The notes under the pieces are model-generated. The model was not told the DNA's origin. It saw nothing but the letters and a program-made list of their open reading frames with translations, and did not search any database. 64,000 nt of DNA. Source: an uncultured virus (IMG/VR IMGVR_UViG_3300021963_000089) (Duplodnaviria; Heunggongvirae; Uroviricota; Caudoviricetes). The DNA is taken from the IMG/VR virus record IMGVR_UViG_3300021963_000089; one strand, written 5' to 3'. This document shows, piece after piece, positions 17,756-27,364 of the stretch (positions are counted from its first letter, which is position 1; the number at the start of each line of letters is the position of its first letter). The position numbers were made by a program, and so were the translations under genes.

Positions 17756-18871
17756 ATGATAAAATTTAGGCATCTAGTAATGTTCACATCTATGTTGATC
17801 GCAGGTTGCGCTGCTTTCTTTAGTGTGTATGGTATCGGACTACTATTTTCTGGCGCAGTAGTTGCTGCTATGATTATGGCTAGTTCATTGGAGTTGGGTA
17901 AGCTTGTAACTACATCATGGTTGTTTAGATATTGGCACATTGCCAACAAGTTAATGAAGGTTTATATGGTTATTGCCGTTGTGGTATTGATGTGTATTAC
18001 TTCGTTGGGTATCTTTGGATATTTGACCGCTGCTTATCAAAAGTCTTCGTTGGAGACCGAATTGGCAAACACAAAAATTACAACTTTGGAAGCTCAAAAA
18101 TTAGAAGAGACCAAAAAGTTAGACAACGTAAGATCAACCATTGACAAATTGTTGGCATTAAGAAGTAGTCAAGAGTCAAGATTGGGTGAAAGTATGACCA
18201 ATGCTCTTATTGCTAGAAATCCAGTTCAACTACAAATGCTTCAAAACCAAATCAACGAACAAATTGAGGGGTTAAATAAGCAGATTGAAAATGAAAATGA
18301 AAAGTTGAAGACCGCATCTACAAAATCTACTAAGATTGATGATGAAATTTTTAAGTTGAAGATTGACAATAGTCAGAAGAAGGATATTACTACATTCAAG
18401 TTTGTTGCGAAGGAGTTTAACTCTGATATTAACACCGTTGTGAAGTGGTTTATCATAGTATTGATTACTGTATTCGATCCTCTTGCTGTGGTTTTATTGT
18501 TGGCATACAACATGTCTGAGAACTATCGTGAAGTTGAGTCTGACAAGGAATACGAACTTTACAAGAAGAAAGATAAGGAAGAAAAGAAAAAATCAGTGTA
18601 TGACCAACCAGAACCAGTTCAAGAAGTCAAGCCAACAGTGATTGAGAAAATTGTTGAGGTTGAAAAGCCTGTTGAAACAATTGTTGAGAAAATTGTTGAG
18701 GTTGAAAAACCAGTGGAAGTTATTAAAGAGGTTGAAAAACAAGTTGAGGTGGAAAAAATTGTTGAAAAACCAACAGAAGTAATTAGAGAAGTTGAAAAGC
18801 CAGTCGAAAAAGTAGTGGAGAAAGTCAAGAGAATAAATGTTGGCGGATTGAGAAGAATGTTCAGCTTCTAA
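17756..18871 (+). CDS. Multi-pass membrane protein with long coiled coil and EKIVEVEKPV repeats
   Basis: Three N-terminal hydrophobic helices, coiled coil, fourth TM (FDPLAV), repeat tail. ATG 17756 preferred because the TATTTATA motif precedes it. Confidence 0.7.
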   Translation: MIKFRHLVMFTSMLIAGCAAFFSVYGIGLLFSGAVVAAMIMASSLELGKLVTTSWLFRYWHIANKLMKVYMVIAVVVLMCITSLGIFGYLTAAYQKSSLETELANTKITTLEAQKLEETKKLDNVRSTIDKLLALRSSQESRLGESMTNALIARNPVQLQMLQNQINEQIEGLNKQIENENEKLKTASTKSTKIDDEIFKLKIDNSQKKDITTFKFVAKEFNSDINTVVKWFIIVLITVFDPLAVVLLLAYNMSENYREVESDKEYELYKKKDKEEKKKSVYDQPEPVQEVKPTVIEKIVEVEKPVETIVEKIVEVEKPVEVIKEVEKQVEVEKIVEKPTEVIREVEKPVEKVVEKVKRINVGGLRRMFSF

Positions 18872-18918
18872 AATAAAAATTCGTTTTTCATACGTCTAAC
18901 TATATATTACTGTTAACT

Positions 18919-19056
18919 ATGAATAACGAAGAGCTTTTAGAACTGCGTCGAATTCTTCTTGATGCAAACGAAAATAATGATTGGTCTACTGTAGAAGAAG
19001 CAATTGACTTTATTAATGAGTTTGTAGATTTCGATGATGATACCGACGAACTATGA
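18919..19056 (+). CDS. Small acidic protein (45 aa)
   Basis: Read by hand (MNNEELLELRRILLDAN...); ATGA overlap with the next gene. Confidence 0.55.
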   Translation: MNNEELLELRRILLDANENNDWSTVEEAIDFINEFVDFDDDTDEL

Positions 19057-19397
19057 TCACAACTATATTAGTTACACTCCTTACATTGTCCATCGGCGTT
19101 GCCGTCTTTTTTTACGTTTCTCTTAAAAAGGCATTGGAACGAATTGATGTATTAGAATCTGAGTTGGATACCATTGAAAAGCTGAATACAGAACTTGGCC
19201 AATGGGTCGTTGATTTTAGAAAACTTGTATCTAATGTATACAAAAAGTTGAAAAGTGTTGATGAGCGTGGTATCTTTGAAAAAGACGACGATGTTGGCTT
19301 TCTTTTCCAAGAAATGGTAACTATTGTCGAAGAATGTAATAAAAGGATAACAGATAATGACGACAATCTCAGTAATGAAGAACAAAACAAAAAGTAA
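19053..19397 (+). CDS. Membrane-anchored coiled-coil protein
   Basis: N-terminal TM helix followed by heptads. Confidence 0.7.
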   Translation: MITTILVTLLTLSIGVAVFFYVSLKKALERIDVLESELDTIEKLNTELGQWVVDFRKLVSNVYKKLKSVDERGIFEKDDDVGFLFQEMVTIVEECNKRITDNDDNLSNEEQNKK

Positions 19398-20358
19398 AAC
19401 CTTATCTTCTAAGAAGAAAAGCAATTCTGTTCTTTCCAAAAAAACGAAGAAACAGAAACTCAAGGTTATTTATGATGTAAAAATCAAGAAGCCAAAGTCT
19501 GTTGCCAAGAAAAAGACCAAAATCAAATCGGATGATAAACCCATAGAGTCCCGTATAGAGATTGAAGTAAAACGAGACAGTGATGTTGATATTATCCCAA
19601 AGGCCGAGACCGATATTGATGTAGACGATGATACTGTCACACTTGATGATGAACCAAAGAGGGTCAGACGCCGTGGTAGAAACAAGAAAGAGAAGATCTA
19701 TTTTAGCAAGGCTACAGAAGAAGCCATTATTGAGTATAACGCAGAGGAAAACTTTGATATTAGAAATACCATCTATAATGAACGTATCAAGTTTAGTTTT
19801 GAAAAGTTGGTAGAAAACATTTATAATACATTCAAGTTTACTTATTTTGACAATGGCCCACTTGAGGTTCAAAAAGAAACGGTCACACATCTTGTAGCTA
19901 ACATACATAAGTTCCAAGCTGGTAAAGGAAAAGCATTTAGTTATTTCAGTATTGTTGCTAAGAACTATTTGATTTTCCACAACAATAACAACTACAAACG
20001 TTTCAACCAACACGTTGATATCAGTGAAACTCCATCAGAAGATACTGTGTGTCTACAGACTGAGGATGCTCATCATAAAGATGTTCAGACTCAAGAGTTG
20101 ATGCACTTGTTGATTGATTACTGGGAGAAGAACATTACCAAGATCTTTAGTAAATCTAAGGATCTAAACATTGCTTATGCGGTGATTGAATTGTTCCGTA
20201 ACTGTGATCGAATTGAGAGTTTCAACAAGAAGACATTGTATTTGTATATTCGTGAAATTAGCAATTGTAAGACTCAACAAATTACCAAGGTATTGAATAA
20301 GATGAAGAGTTATCAAACTGCGGTCATGAAGAATTATATGAATCGTGGAACAGTCTGA
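19357..20358 (+). CDS. Phage late-transcription sigma factor (T4 gp55-like) with basic N-terminal extension
   Basis: Region-2-like KFQAGKGKAFSYFSIVAKNYLI resembles the gp55/sigma F-x-Y-F motif; true start may be 19375; terminator at 20386-20414. Confidence 0.65.
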   Translation: MTTISVMKNKTKSKTLSSKKKSNSVLSKKTKKQKLKVIYDVKIKKPKSVAKKKTKIKSDDKPIESRIEIEVKRDSDVDIIPKAETDIDVDDDTVTLDDEPKRVRRRGRNKKEKIYFSKATEEAIIEYNAEENFDIRNTIYNERIKFSFEKLVENIYNTFKFTYFDNGPLEVQKETVTHLVANIHKFQAGKGKAFSYFSIVAKNYLIFHNNNNYKRFNQHVDISETPSEDTVCLQTEDAHHKDVQTQELMHLLIDYWEKNITKIFSKSKDLNIAYAVIELFRNCDRIESFNKKTLYLYIREISNCKTQQITKVLNKMKSYQTAVMKNYMNRGTV

Positions 20359-20427
20359 TTCGATAGAATAAATAGTATAAAAACAAAACCAATCGACAAA
20401 ACGATTGGTTTTTTCTATTTATTGAGT

Positions 20428-20778
20428 ATGGATACTAACTTTGAGATATACAAGGGAAAGAACTTCTCTGGTCTATGTAAGGACATAGTGAAAAACTCAG
20501 AAAGTAAGAAGGATCAAATTGACATTCTTATTTCTGAACTACGTTCTTTGATTAAGACTGTAAATGATGCGGTTATTATTGTTCCGTTAATCAAAGACTA
20601 TTATGACGTTGGAGTCAAGAACGATGAACAATTGGTTAAATTGGCTTCTATTGTTCAGAAATTGGTTGCCAAAGGTGAAGCTAGTGGTGAAGGAAATTCA
20701 ATGATACTATCCGACGATGAAAGAAGACAGTTGATGGAGGATGTGGTATCAATTGCCAAGGTCACAAAACAAGATTAA
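20428..20778 (+). CDS. Hypothetical helical protein
   Basis: ATG 20428 follows TATTTATT. Confidence 0.7.
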   Translation: MDTNFEIYKGKNFSGLCKDIVKNSESKKDQIDILISELRSLIKTVNDAVIIVPLIKDYYDVGVKNDEQLVKLASIVQKLVAKGEASGEGNSMILSDDERRQLMEDVVSIAKVTKQD

Positions 20779-20780
20779 TT

Positions 20781-22496
20781 ATGGCAGACTCATCAACAGA
20801 TATTTCCAGATACGTGACCAATCAGAATCCGTCTGGTAGAAACATAGACCCTTCAAATAGAATTGGAGACAATCCAAATTTTCAATTGGCTGTGGTAGTT
20901 GATGTTATTCTCAATGACCAACATCCATTCTTTAGTAAAAGTCCAGATGATCCAAGTTCAAGACCAACGATCACTATAAATCCACAACAAATACCAGTCA
21001 ACTATAAGAACGATGTTCCAAATAGTAATGATGTGGACTATAGTTTTATTGGTCGTGCTAAGGTAAGAATACTAGAGTTGGAAAAGAAAACACCAATTGA
21101 AAAATTACCATGGGCTATACCATTGGATAATACCATAACACAATTTCCGTTATTGAACGAACAAGTTATGGTCATAAAAGTTGGTGGTAATTTCTACTAC
21201 ACAAAGCCTTTTAATCGTTTCAATTTTGTAGGAACAAATGTAGACTTTGTTACTGAGTCTGGTTTGAGTAATGATAATACCAGTGCTACTCCAGCAAATG
21301 CTGATACTCTCAGAAAGAGTTATATTTCACACCCATTCTTCAAAGCAATAACAAAAGTGGGATATTTGGGTGACTATTTTATATTGAACCCATTTATTCG
21401 TAGTGTAAGAAAGTTTGAGGGTGATACTGTTGTTGAAAGTAGATTCGGACAATCAATAAGATTCACAGCCTATGACGACATTAGAAGCAATGATAAATCA
21501 AAATATCTATCGTATGCAATTAATTCTAATCTATTCAGAGAATCTGTTGCCGGTGGTTACGGTAATCCTCGCATAATTCTAAGAAACCGACAGAGAAATA
21601 TTGCGTTGGATAAACCACAACAACTACATCCAAAGTTGCCTCCAATTCCACCCATAACAGAACGTGAGAAAAATTATGGTGGACAAATTGAAGAGGATAT
21701 CAACAACGATGGAACTACAATTGAGATAAACAGTGGATCGCCAATAAGTGATTGGAAAACTACTGTTTATAAAAGCATGTTTGGTGTTACCAGAAACGAT
21801 AGAAAACCAACTGAAGAACAAGTTAAGTTTAATCCGCCAGGCTCTTCAAACTTTGAGTTTCCAACATTAAATGGCGATCAACTAATATTGAACACTGACA
21901 GAATTGTTCTTAGTAGTCGATTTGCTGAAACACTACATTTTAGTAAAAAGCGTTATGGCATTGCTACAGATTCGGATTATACCGTTGATGCAAATGATCA
22001 AATTGTTTTGACCACAAACAGAGTAGCTTGTGTAAACGCGCCACAGATTTTTTTAGGACAATATGGAGAAACAAACGAACCTGCACTACTCGGACAAACT
22101 ACTGTTGATTGGCTTTATGATCTTTGTAATTGGTTACTTGATCACGTTCATTGGTATCATCACGTTCATCCTCATCCTCACGGTCATGATGACGCTGGTC
22201 AGATTACTCAAGAAAATACCAACGATGCTAATCCCGACCAAACACAAATCCCCGTTCAACAGATAACACTAAAATTGTTGCGTGATAATCTACACAAAAC
22301 TTTGAGCCGTCGTGTTTATTTGACCGGTGGTGGATACGCACCTGGATCAAATGGTGTGAAACCAGTGGGAAGCGGTGCAGAATGTGCGCCTCCAGTAGTA
22401 ATCAATACTGTGACTGGTGAGGGTGCTATAGGAGACTTCAAGGGTAGAAATCGTAGAGAAGGTCCAGTTCAGATTGAGTTTGAATTCACAAATTAA
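20781..22496 (+). CDS. Baseplate hub / central spike (gp5/gpV-like)
   Basis: N-terminal OB-like segment (GRAKVRI...FPLLNEQV), EGDTVVESRFGQSIRF, beta-repeat region, His-rich tip; lies upstream of gp25/gp6. Confidence 0.65.
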   Translation: MADSSTDISRYVTNQNPSGRNIDPSNRIGDNPNFQLAVVVDVILNDQHPFFSKSPDDPSSRPTITINPQQIPVNYKNDVPNSNDVDYSFIGRAKVRILELEKKTPIEKLPWAIPLDNTITQFPLLNEQVMVIKVGGNFYYTKPFNRFNFVGTNVDFVTESGLSNDNTSATPANADTLRKSYISHPFFKAITKVGYLGDYFILNPFIRSVRKFEGDTVVESRFGQSIRFTAYDDIRSNDKSKYLSYAINSNLFRESVAGGYGNPRIILRNRQRNIALDKPQQLHPKLPPIPPITEREKNYGGQIEEDINNDGTTIEINSGSPISDWKTTVYKSMFGVTRNDRKPTEEQVKFNPPGSSNFEFPTLNGDQLILNTDRIVLSSRFAETLHFSKKRYGIATDSDYTVDANDQIVLTTNRVACVNAPQIFLGQYGETNEPALLGQTTVDWLYDLCNWLLDHVHWYHHVHPHPHGHDDAGQITQENTNDANPDQTQIPVQQITLKLLRDNLHKTLSRRVYLTGGGYAPGSNGVKPVGSGAECAPPVVINTVTGEGAIGDFKGRNRREGPVQIEFEFTN

Positions 22497-22502
22497 GATA
22501 TT

Positions 22503-24464
22503 ATGGAAGAGAAACTAGTAGACATTTTAGGATTCTTACAACCCGACTCTGGTAACAACTGGAGTAAAGGTCTGTATCTCAATGGTAATGCGAAAATAAT
22601 TTATGCATTTGAAGACATTGTGCCTTTTGTAGGTGGAGGGTTTGGATTTTTTGACGGAGATGATGAGTTTGGTAATTCGGATAAAGGTTACACGTATCCA
22701 GAGTTATACAAGTATTTGAATGATCGAAAGTTGTTACCTGATGTTCCAGACAAAAACAATCTACCTCCAGTAATAGTTGGTTATGCTGGTCCCAAAACAC
22801 CACATCAAAACATTATTGTCAATATAAATCAACGCCCGATTTTTAGAGAAATTTATTATTCAAAATGGCCATGTTTGAAAGATCTGGAAACATCAAGACT
22901 TGATACATTTTTATTAACAGTTCATGATTACATACAACGTTATGAAACTTCTTTGTTACGAGGAGATGTTTCATATGTAGAAAAAACCAAAACCCAACAA
23001 AAAGCACATCTTGCGTCTGTGATTGAAGATGCCATAGATAATGTTAAATCTGGTAAGTGGGATAAAAATAAAATACCAGCATGTTTCCTTCCAGACCCAG
23101 ATCCAGCCTTGGTTGGTCCTCCATCTCAAACCATCTATGGAACAATAAATAAAGCACCTAGTGTTGATAATCCCAACTTAAAGTTGCCATCATCCACACC
23201 AAAACAATTGGACCCATCAAAAGCTTTGACCGAGGTGGATAAAAAAGAGGATGACATAGACAAAATGTTGGACAAGAACAGTGCCGACCTTGACAAAATG
23301 ATGTCGGATTCTGCCAATGAAACTCCAACATCTTCAATATCAGATCCTAATGCTGTAACTACCCGCACTGTTACTTCTACCAACACAGTCACATCCAAGG
23401 AAACTGTGACTGGTGGTGGTGTGACTGTAAGAACAAGTTTCGCATCAGACGATCCTAGATCAAGGATGACATCGGCTGAGTTGGATGCTCTTCCAAATGG
23501 TGCCGGTCAAAGTGAGTTTAAGATACCAGGCAAAGATTCTGTAACTACCACCACAGATTCAATATCATCTACAGTTAGTCAAGTCAAGACTCCAACTGGA
23601 ACTGATGTCGTATCTAAGTTGAACGTTGATAGTAAGATAAAAGTAGAGACTCCAAAAGTTCCAACTGTAGAAAAACCAAAGTTTGTCAAAGATGGTCTCG
23701 GAGAGAATTGGAGTCCAGATAAATACAGACCTGAAACTATCGCTGGTAACACTAAGTTTGTTGATCCAGCTACGGGTAATATTGGTTCAACTGAGAAGAT
23801 TGCTGCTGTAGATAAACTAAAGAGTGCAATACCAGATGTTCCTAAACCAAACCTACCAGATTTACCAGCTAATCCCGTTCCTACAAACATAACCAATGCT
23901 GATGCGGCATTGACCAACTTATCAAATGGTAATGTTGGATCTTTGAGTCCAAACAACGCCATAACTCCTCCAAACACACTGGTTAAAGCGGCAACCGGAG
24001 GGTTGGTTGGTGGCGGTCTTGGTGCTGGAGTTGGCGCATTGGCTGGTGGAGGTCAAGGTGCGTTGATTGGAGGACTATCTGGGGCTGCTTTAGGTGGTGG
24101 CATAGCTTTGGGTGGTGTGGGTGGTGGAACACTCGCAGGAGCTGGTTTAGGAGGCGGAATAGGTGCTTTGGCTGGAGGTGGTAAGGGTGCTTTGATTGGA
24201 GCTGCTGCAGGTGGAGCACTTGGTGCTGCGGCTGCTAAACTAGCTTTAGTCAAAAAAGGTATGCCTAAACCAAAAATACCAAAACCACCGTCTGCACCAC
24301 GTATCAAAAAGGTCAAAATAAAGGCTCCTTCCAATACAAAGGGAGCAGAAGATCTGTTAAATTTACAAAAATCCAAATTGGAAGCGGCTAAAAACCAAGC
24401 TAATTCTCAAATAACATCTAATGTCAATATGAATCAGTTGAACTCATTGGGAGGGTTGGCATAA
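22503..24464 (+). CDS. Hypothetical baseplate-region protein with glycine-zipper segment
   Basis: GGLxGxGLGxGxGALAGGG repeats at about aa 498-580. Confidence 0.6.
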   Translation: MEEKLVDILGFLQPDSGNNWSKGLYLNGNAKIIYAFEDIVPFVGGGFGFFDGDDEFGNSDKGYTYPELYKYLNDRKLLPDVPDKNNLPPVIVGYAGPKTPHQNIIVNINQRPIFREIYYSKWPCLKDLETSRLDTFLLTVHDYIQRYETSLLRGDVSYVEKTKTQQKAHLASVIEDAIDNVKSGKWDKNKIPACFLPDPDPALVGPPSQTIYGTINKAPSVDNPNLKLPSSTPKQLDPSKALTEVDKKEDDIDKMLDKNSADLDKMMSDSANETPTSSISDPNAVTTRTVTSTNTVTSKETVTGGGVTVRTSFASDDPRSRMTSAELDALPNGAGQSEFKIPGKDSVTTTTDSISSTVSQVKTPTGTDVVSKLNVDSKIKVETPKVPTVEKPKFVKDGLGENWSPDKYRPETIAGNTKFVDPATGNIGSTEKIAAVDKLKSAIPDVPKPNLPDLPANPVPTNITNADAALTNLSNGNVGSLSPNNAITPPNTLVKAATGGLVGGGLGAGVGALAGGGQGALIGGLSGAALGGGIALGGVGGGTLAGAGLGGGIGALAGGGKGALIGAAAGGALGAAAAKLALVKKGMPKPKIPKPPSAPRIKKVKIKAPSNTKGAEDLLNLQKSKLEAAKNQANSQITSNVNMNQLNSLGGLA

Positions 24465-24520
24465 TATTACCATAAAAGATAAATTTTGTAAAATACCAAA
24501 CAAGTTAATAATTATATAAT

Positions 24521-24958
24521 ATGAAACTAGATACTCTTAAAGAATACATTCGTCAAGAAGTAAGAAATGCTGTCAGAGAAGAAGTAAAAAACTGCTTGTT
24601 GGAAGCATTTTCTAAAGAATCAATTTCAAGATCAGATTCGTCACCATCATTTTCATCTTTGGTGAGTGAATCGGTTACAGAACAACATGTGGAGCAATCA
24701 CAAAACAAAAAGAAGTTTGTCAAATACACTAGCAATCCAGTATTGAATCAAATATTGAATGAAACAACTGGTGGTGTGCCTCAAGAAGGTGGTTTGGCAA
24801 GTATCATGGGTGGTGGCGAACCAAGTGTTGTTGACAAGTTGACTGAATCTGTGACTGAACATGCTGCAGAACCAGTAAAAGCCGTTGCTCAAGCAGTTAC
24901 CAGAGATTATAGATCACTACTGAAAGCTGTTGATAAAAAGCGTGGCGAAAAGAAATAA
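24521..24958 (+). CDS. Hypothetical protein (probable head-associated)
   Basis: IRQEVRNAVREEV and PVLNQILNET; several LxE sites. Confidence 0.65.
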   Translation: MKLDTLKEYIRQEVRNAVREEVKNCLLEAFSKESISRSDSSPSFSSLVSESVTEQHVEQSQNKKKFVKYTSNPVLNQILNETTGGVPQEGGLASIMGGGEPSVVDKLTESVTEHAAEPVKAVAQAVTRDYRSLLKAVDKKRGEKK

Positions 24959-24964
24959 CAATAT

Positions 24965-25366
24965 ATGGCTAAACAGATACTTGGACTTAAGTTACCGTTG
25001 AGATTGGGTCAAGATGGATATTTTGAAACCAATACTGCTACTATTGATCAAGTATCTTCAAACATAAGAAACTTGTTGTTGACCAAACCAGGCGAAAGAC
25101 GATTCAACAATGAGTTTGGATCTGGATTGTATTACCTATTATTTCAACAAAATGAAGTGGAGGTCAATCCAGGTATTATTGTTGATGTTGTTCAACGTGA
25201 TATCAACAAATTTTTGAATGGTGTGATCGTTAACGATGTGAAGGTAAAAATAGCATCCACTCAAAACGAAAATACTGATGCAAATACGATATTTATAAGT
25301 GTGGTGTTCACTTATAACAAGATCACTTCTACTACTGAGGTGGAACTTACTAATAACAGAATCTAA
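24965..25366 (+). CDS. Baseplate wedge subunit, gp25-like
   Basis: NIRNLLLTKPGERRFNNEFGSGL motif. Confidence 0.9.
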   Translation: MAKQILGLKLPLRLGQDGYFETNTATIDQVSSNIRNLLLTKPGERRFNNEFGSGLYYLLFQQNEVEVNPGIIVDVVQRDINKFLNGVIVNDVKVKIASTQNENTDANTIFISVVFTYNKITSTTEVELTNNRI

Positions 25367-27363
25367 TGGCACAAATAATTAACAAGACTTTTAGAGCAAA
25401 TACTAAAGACGTAAATTACGTTAATAGAGATTTTGCATCTTTGAAGCAACAATTGATCGATTTCACTAAGCAATACTACCCACAAAGTTATAGAGATTTT
25501 AGTGAGAGTTCGCCTGGTCAAATTTTCATTGAACAAGCCGCATATGTTGGTGACATATTATCATATTATACCGATCAACAGTTCAAGGAAAGTTTTATTC
25601 AGTTTGCCACGGATAGAAGAAATTTGATCAACCAAGCTAGATATTTGGGATACAAACCAAAGGTCACATCGGCAGCTGCAACTGATCTTGAACTGTTTCA
25701 ACTAGTTCCAGCCAAAAGAGTGGGCGAGATAGACGGTGAATATGTTCCAGATGACACCTATTGTTTGATATTGAAACCATTCACACAATTGTCCAGTGTT
25801 TCTGGAGTTCCATTCTTGATTGAAGAAAGTGTAGACTTTAGTCAAGACACGGTATTTTCACCAAGAGAAGTGTCTGTGTATAACCGTGATGAAACTGGAG
25901 CACCACTATTTTACTTGATCAAAAAGACTGCAAAAGCATATGCAGGTAAACTTGTAGTCAAACAAGTAAGTGTAGGAACCGCAACACCATTTTTAGAAAT
26001 TAAATTGGACGCTACTGATGTATTGAAAGTAGCAAGTATAGTTGATAGTAACAATAACAATTACTATGAAGTTCAATATCTAGCACAAGAAACAATACCA
26101 ATTTCTGTTGACAACGTTCCATTAACAAATCAAACCTTGTCGAAGTATAGAGGTGAAACGCCTAAGTTGTTAAAGTATCTTAGAACCGAGAATCGTTTCA
26201 TTACTACAATTGATGAAAACAATTCAACACACATTCAGTTTGGTGCAAACACTGAAAACTTCGATAACACTGTGATCATACCAAATCCTTCAAACGTGGG
26301 TGTGGGTTTGTCTAATTTAGATAATCTTAACATCAGTTTGGACGGAACAAACGTGTTGAAGAGCAATTCGTATGGTGTATCTCCATCGAACACAATATTG
26401 ACCATCACTTATATTGTTGGTGGCGGTGTAAATTCTAACGTCAACTCTGGAGAAATCAATACAATTAGTGCGGTCGGATTGATGAATGATATTACTGGAT
26501 TAACAGATAGTCAAGTTACATTGTTCAATAATATCAAGAACTCTTTGAGAGTAAACAACCCACTTGCAGCAACTGGTGGAGATGGTCCAGAAACCGACGA
26601 AGAAATACGTCAAAATGCGATTGCAAATTTTTCATCTCAAAATCGTATCGTGACTGAGGAGGACATACTTCTTCGTGTATACGCAATGAGTCCACAATTT
26701 GGTAGTATAGCTAAAGCGTTCGTTCAATCAAATGCTACTAGACAAATTGCATATACTGGATTGATCAGTGGTGTTATCACAGGTTCAGCTGCTCAAAATG
26801 AGTTGTTGAATTTGAACCCATTGAATCCGCTTGATCGTAGAAAGTTTTTGGAGTCAAACAATCCATTCACAAACAACTTGTATATTCTAGGATACAACAG
26901 TGATAAGAAACTCACTCCATGTAACGAAGCAACACTTTTGAATTTGAAGAACTACTTGAGTCAATACAAGATTTTGACTGATAGATTCAATGTGATTGAC
27001 GGATACATTATCAATATCGGCGTTGAATTCAAGATCACAGTCTTTGCTGGTTTCAACAAACGTGATGTGTTGAATGAATGTATTGCATCTGTTCAAGCAT
27101 TTTTCAATATTGACAACTGGGGATTCAATCAACCAATCAATCTAAGTCAATTAACCTTTGAAATAATGAAAAACGAAGGTGTTCAATCTGTGACCGAAGT
27201 TACAATCAAAAATTTGACTTATGATACTGATGGAGTTCAATATTCGCCTATAGCTTATAATATTGATATTGCTACACAGAACAATATCGTATATCCATCA
27301 AAAGACCCTTCAATATTTGAAGTCAAGTTTCCAGATACCGACATTAAAGGATTAGTGGTATAA
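25366..27363 (+). CDS. Baseplate wedge subunit, gp6/baseplate J-like
   Basis: RDFASLK, AYVGDILSYY, ATGGDGPETDEEIR, QNRIVTEED. Confidence 0.9.
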   Translation: MAQIINKTFRANTKDVNYVNRDFASLKQQLIDFTKQYYPQSYRDFSESSPGQIFIEQAAYVGDILSYYTDQQFKESFIQFATDRRNLINQARYLGYKPKVTSAAATDLELFQLVPAKRVGEIDGEYVPDDTYCLILKPFTQLSSVSGVPFLIEESVDFSQDTVFSPREVSVYNRDETGAPLFYLIKKTAKAYAGKLVVKQVSVGTATPFLEIKLDATDVLKVASIVDSNNNNYYEVQYLAQETIPISVDNVPLTNQTLSKYRGETPKLLKYLRTENRFITTIDENNSTHIQFGANTENFDNTVIIPNPSNVGVGLSNLDNLNISLDGTNVLKSNSYGVSPSNTILTITYIVGGGVNSNVNSGEINTISAVGLMNDITGLTDSQVTLFNNIKNSLRVNNPLAATGGDGPETDEEIRQNAIANFSSQNRIVTEEDILLRVYAMSPQFGSIAKAFVQSNATRQIAYTGLISGVITGSAAQNELLNLNPLNPLDRRKFLESNNPFTNNLYILGYNSDKKLTPCNEATLLNLKNYLSQYKILTDRFNVIDGYIINIGVEFKITVFAGFNKRDVLNECIASVQAFFNIDNWGFNQPINLSQLTFEIMKNEGVQSVTEVTIKNLTYDTDGVQYSPIAYNIDIATQNNIVYPSKDPSIFEVKFPDTDIKGLVV

Positions 27364-27364
27364 T

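Noticed and set aside
19402..20013. Long minus-strand ORFs (for example 203 aa here and 194 aa at 49049)
   Set aside because: They lie fully antisense to well-supported genes and show no recognisable motifs.
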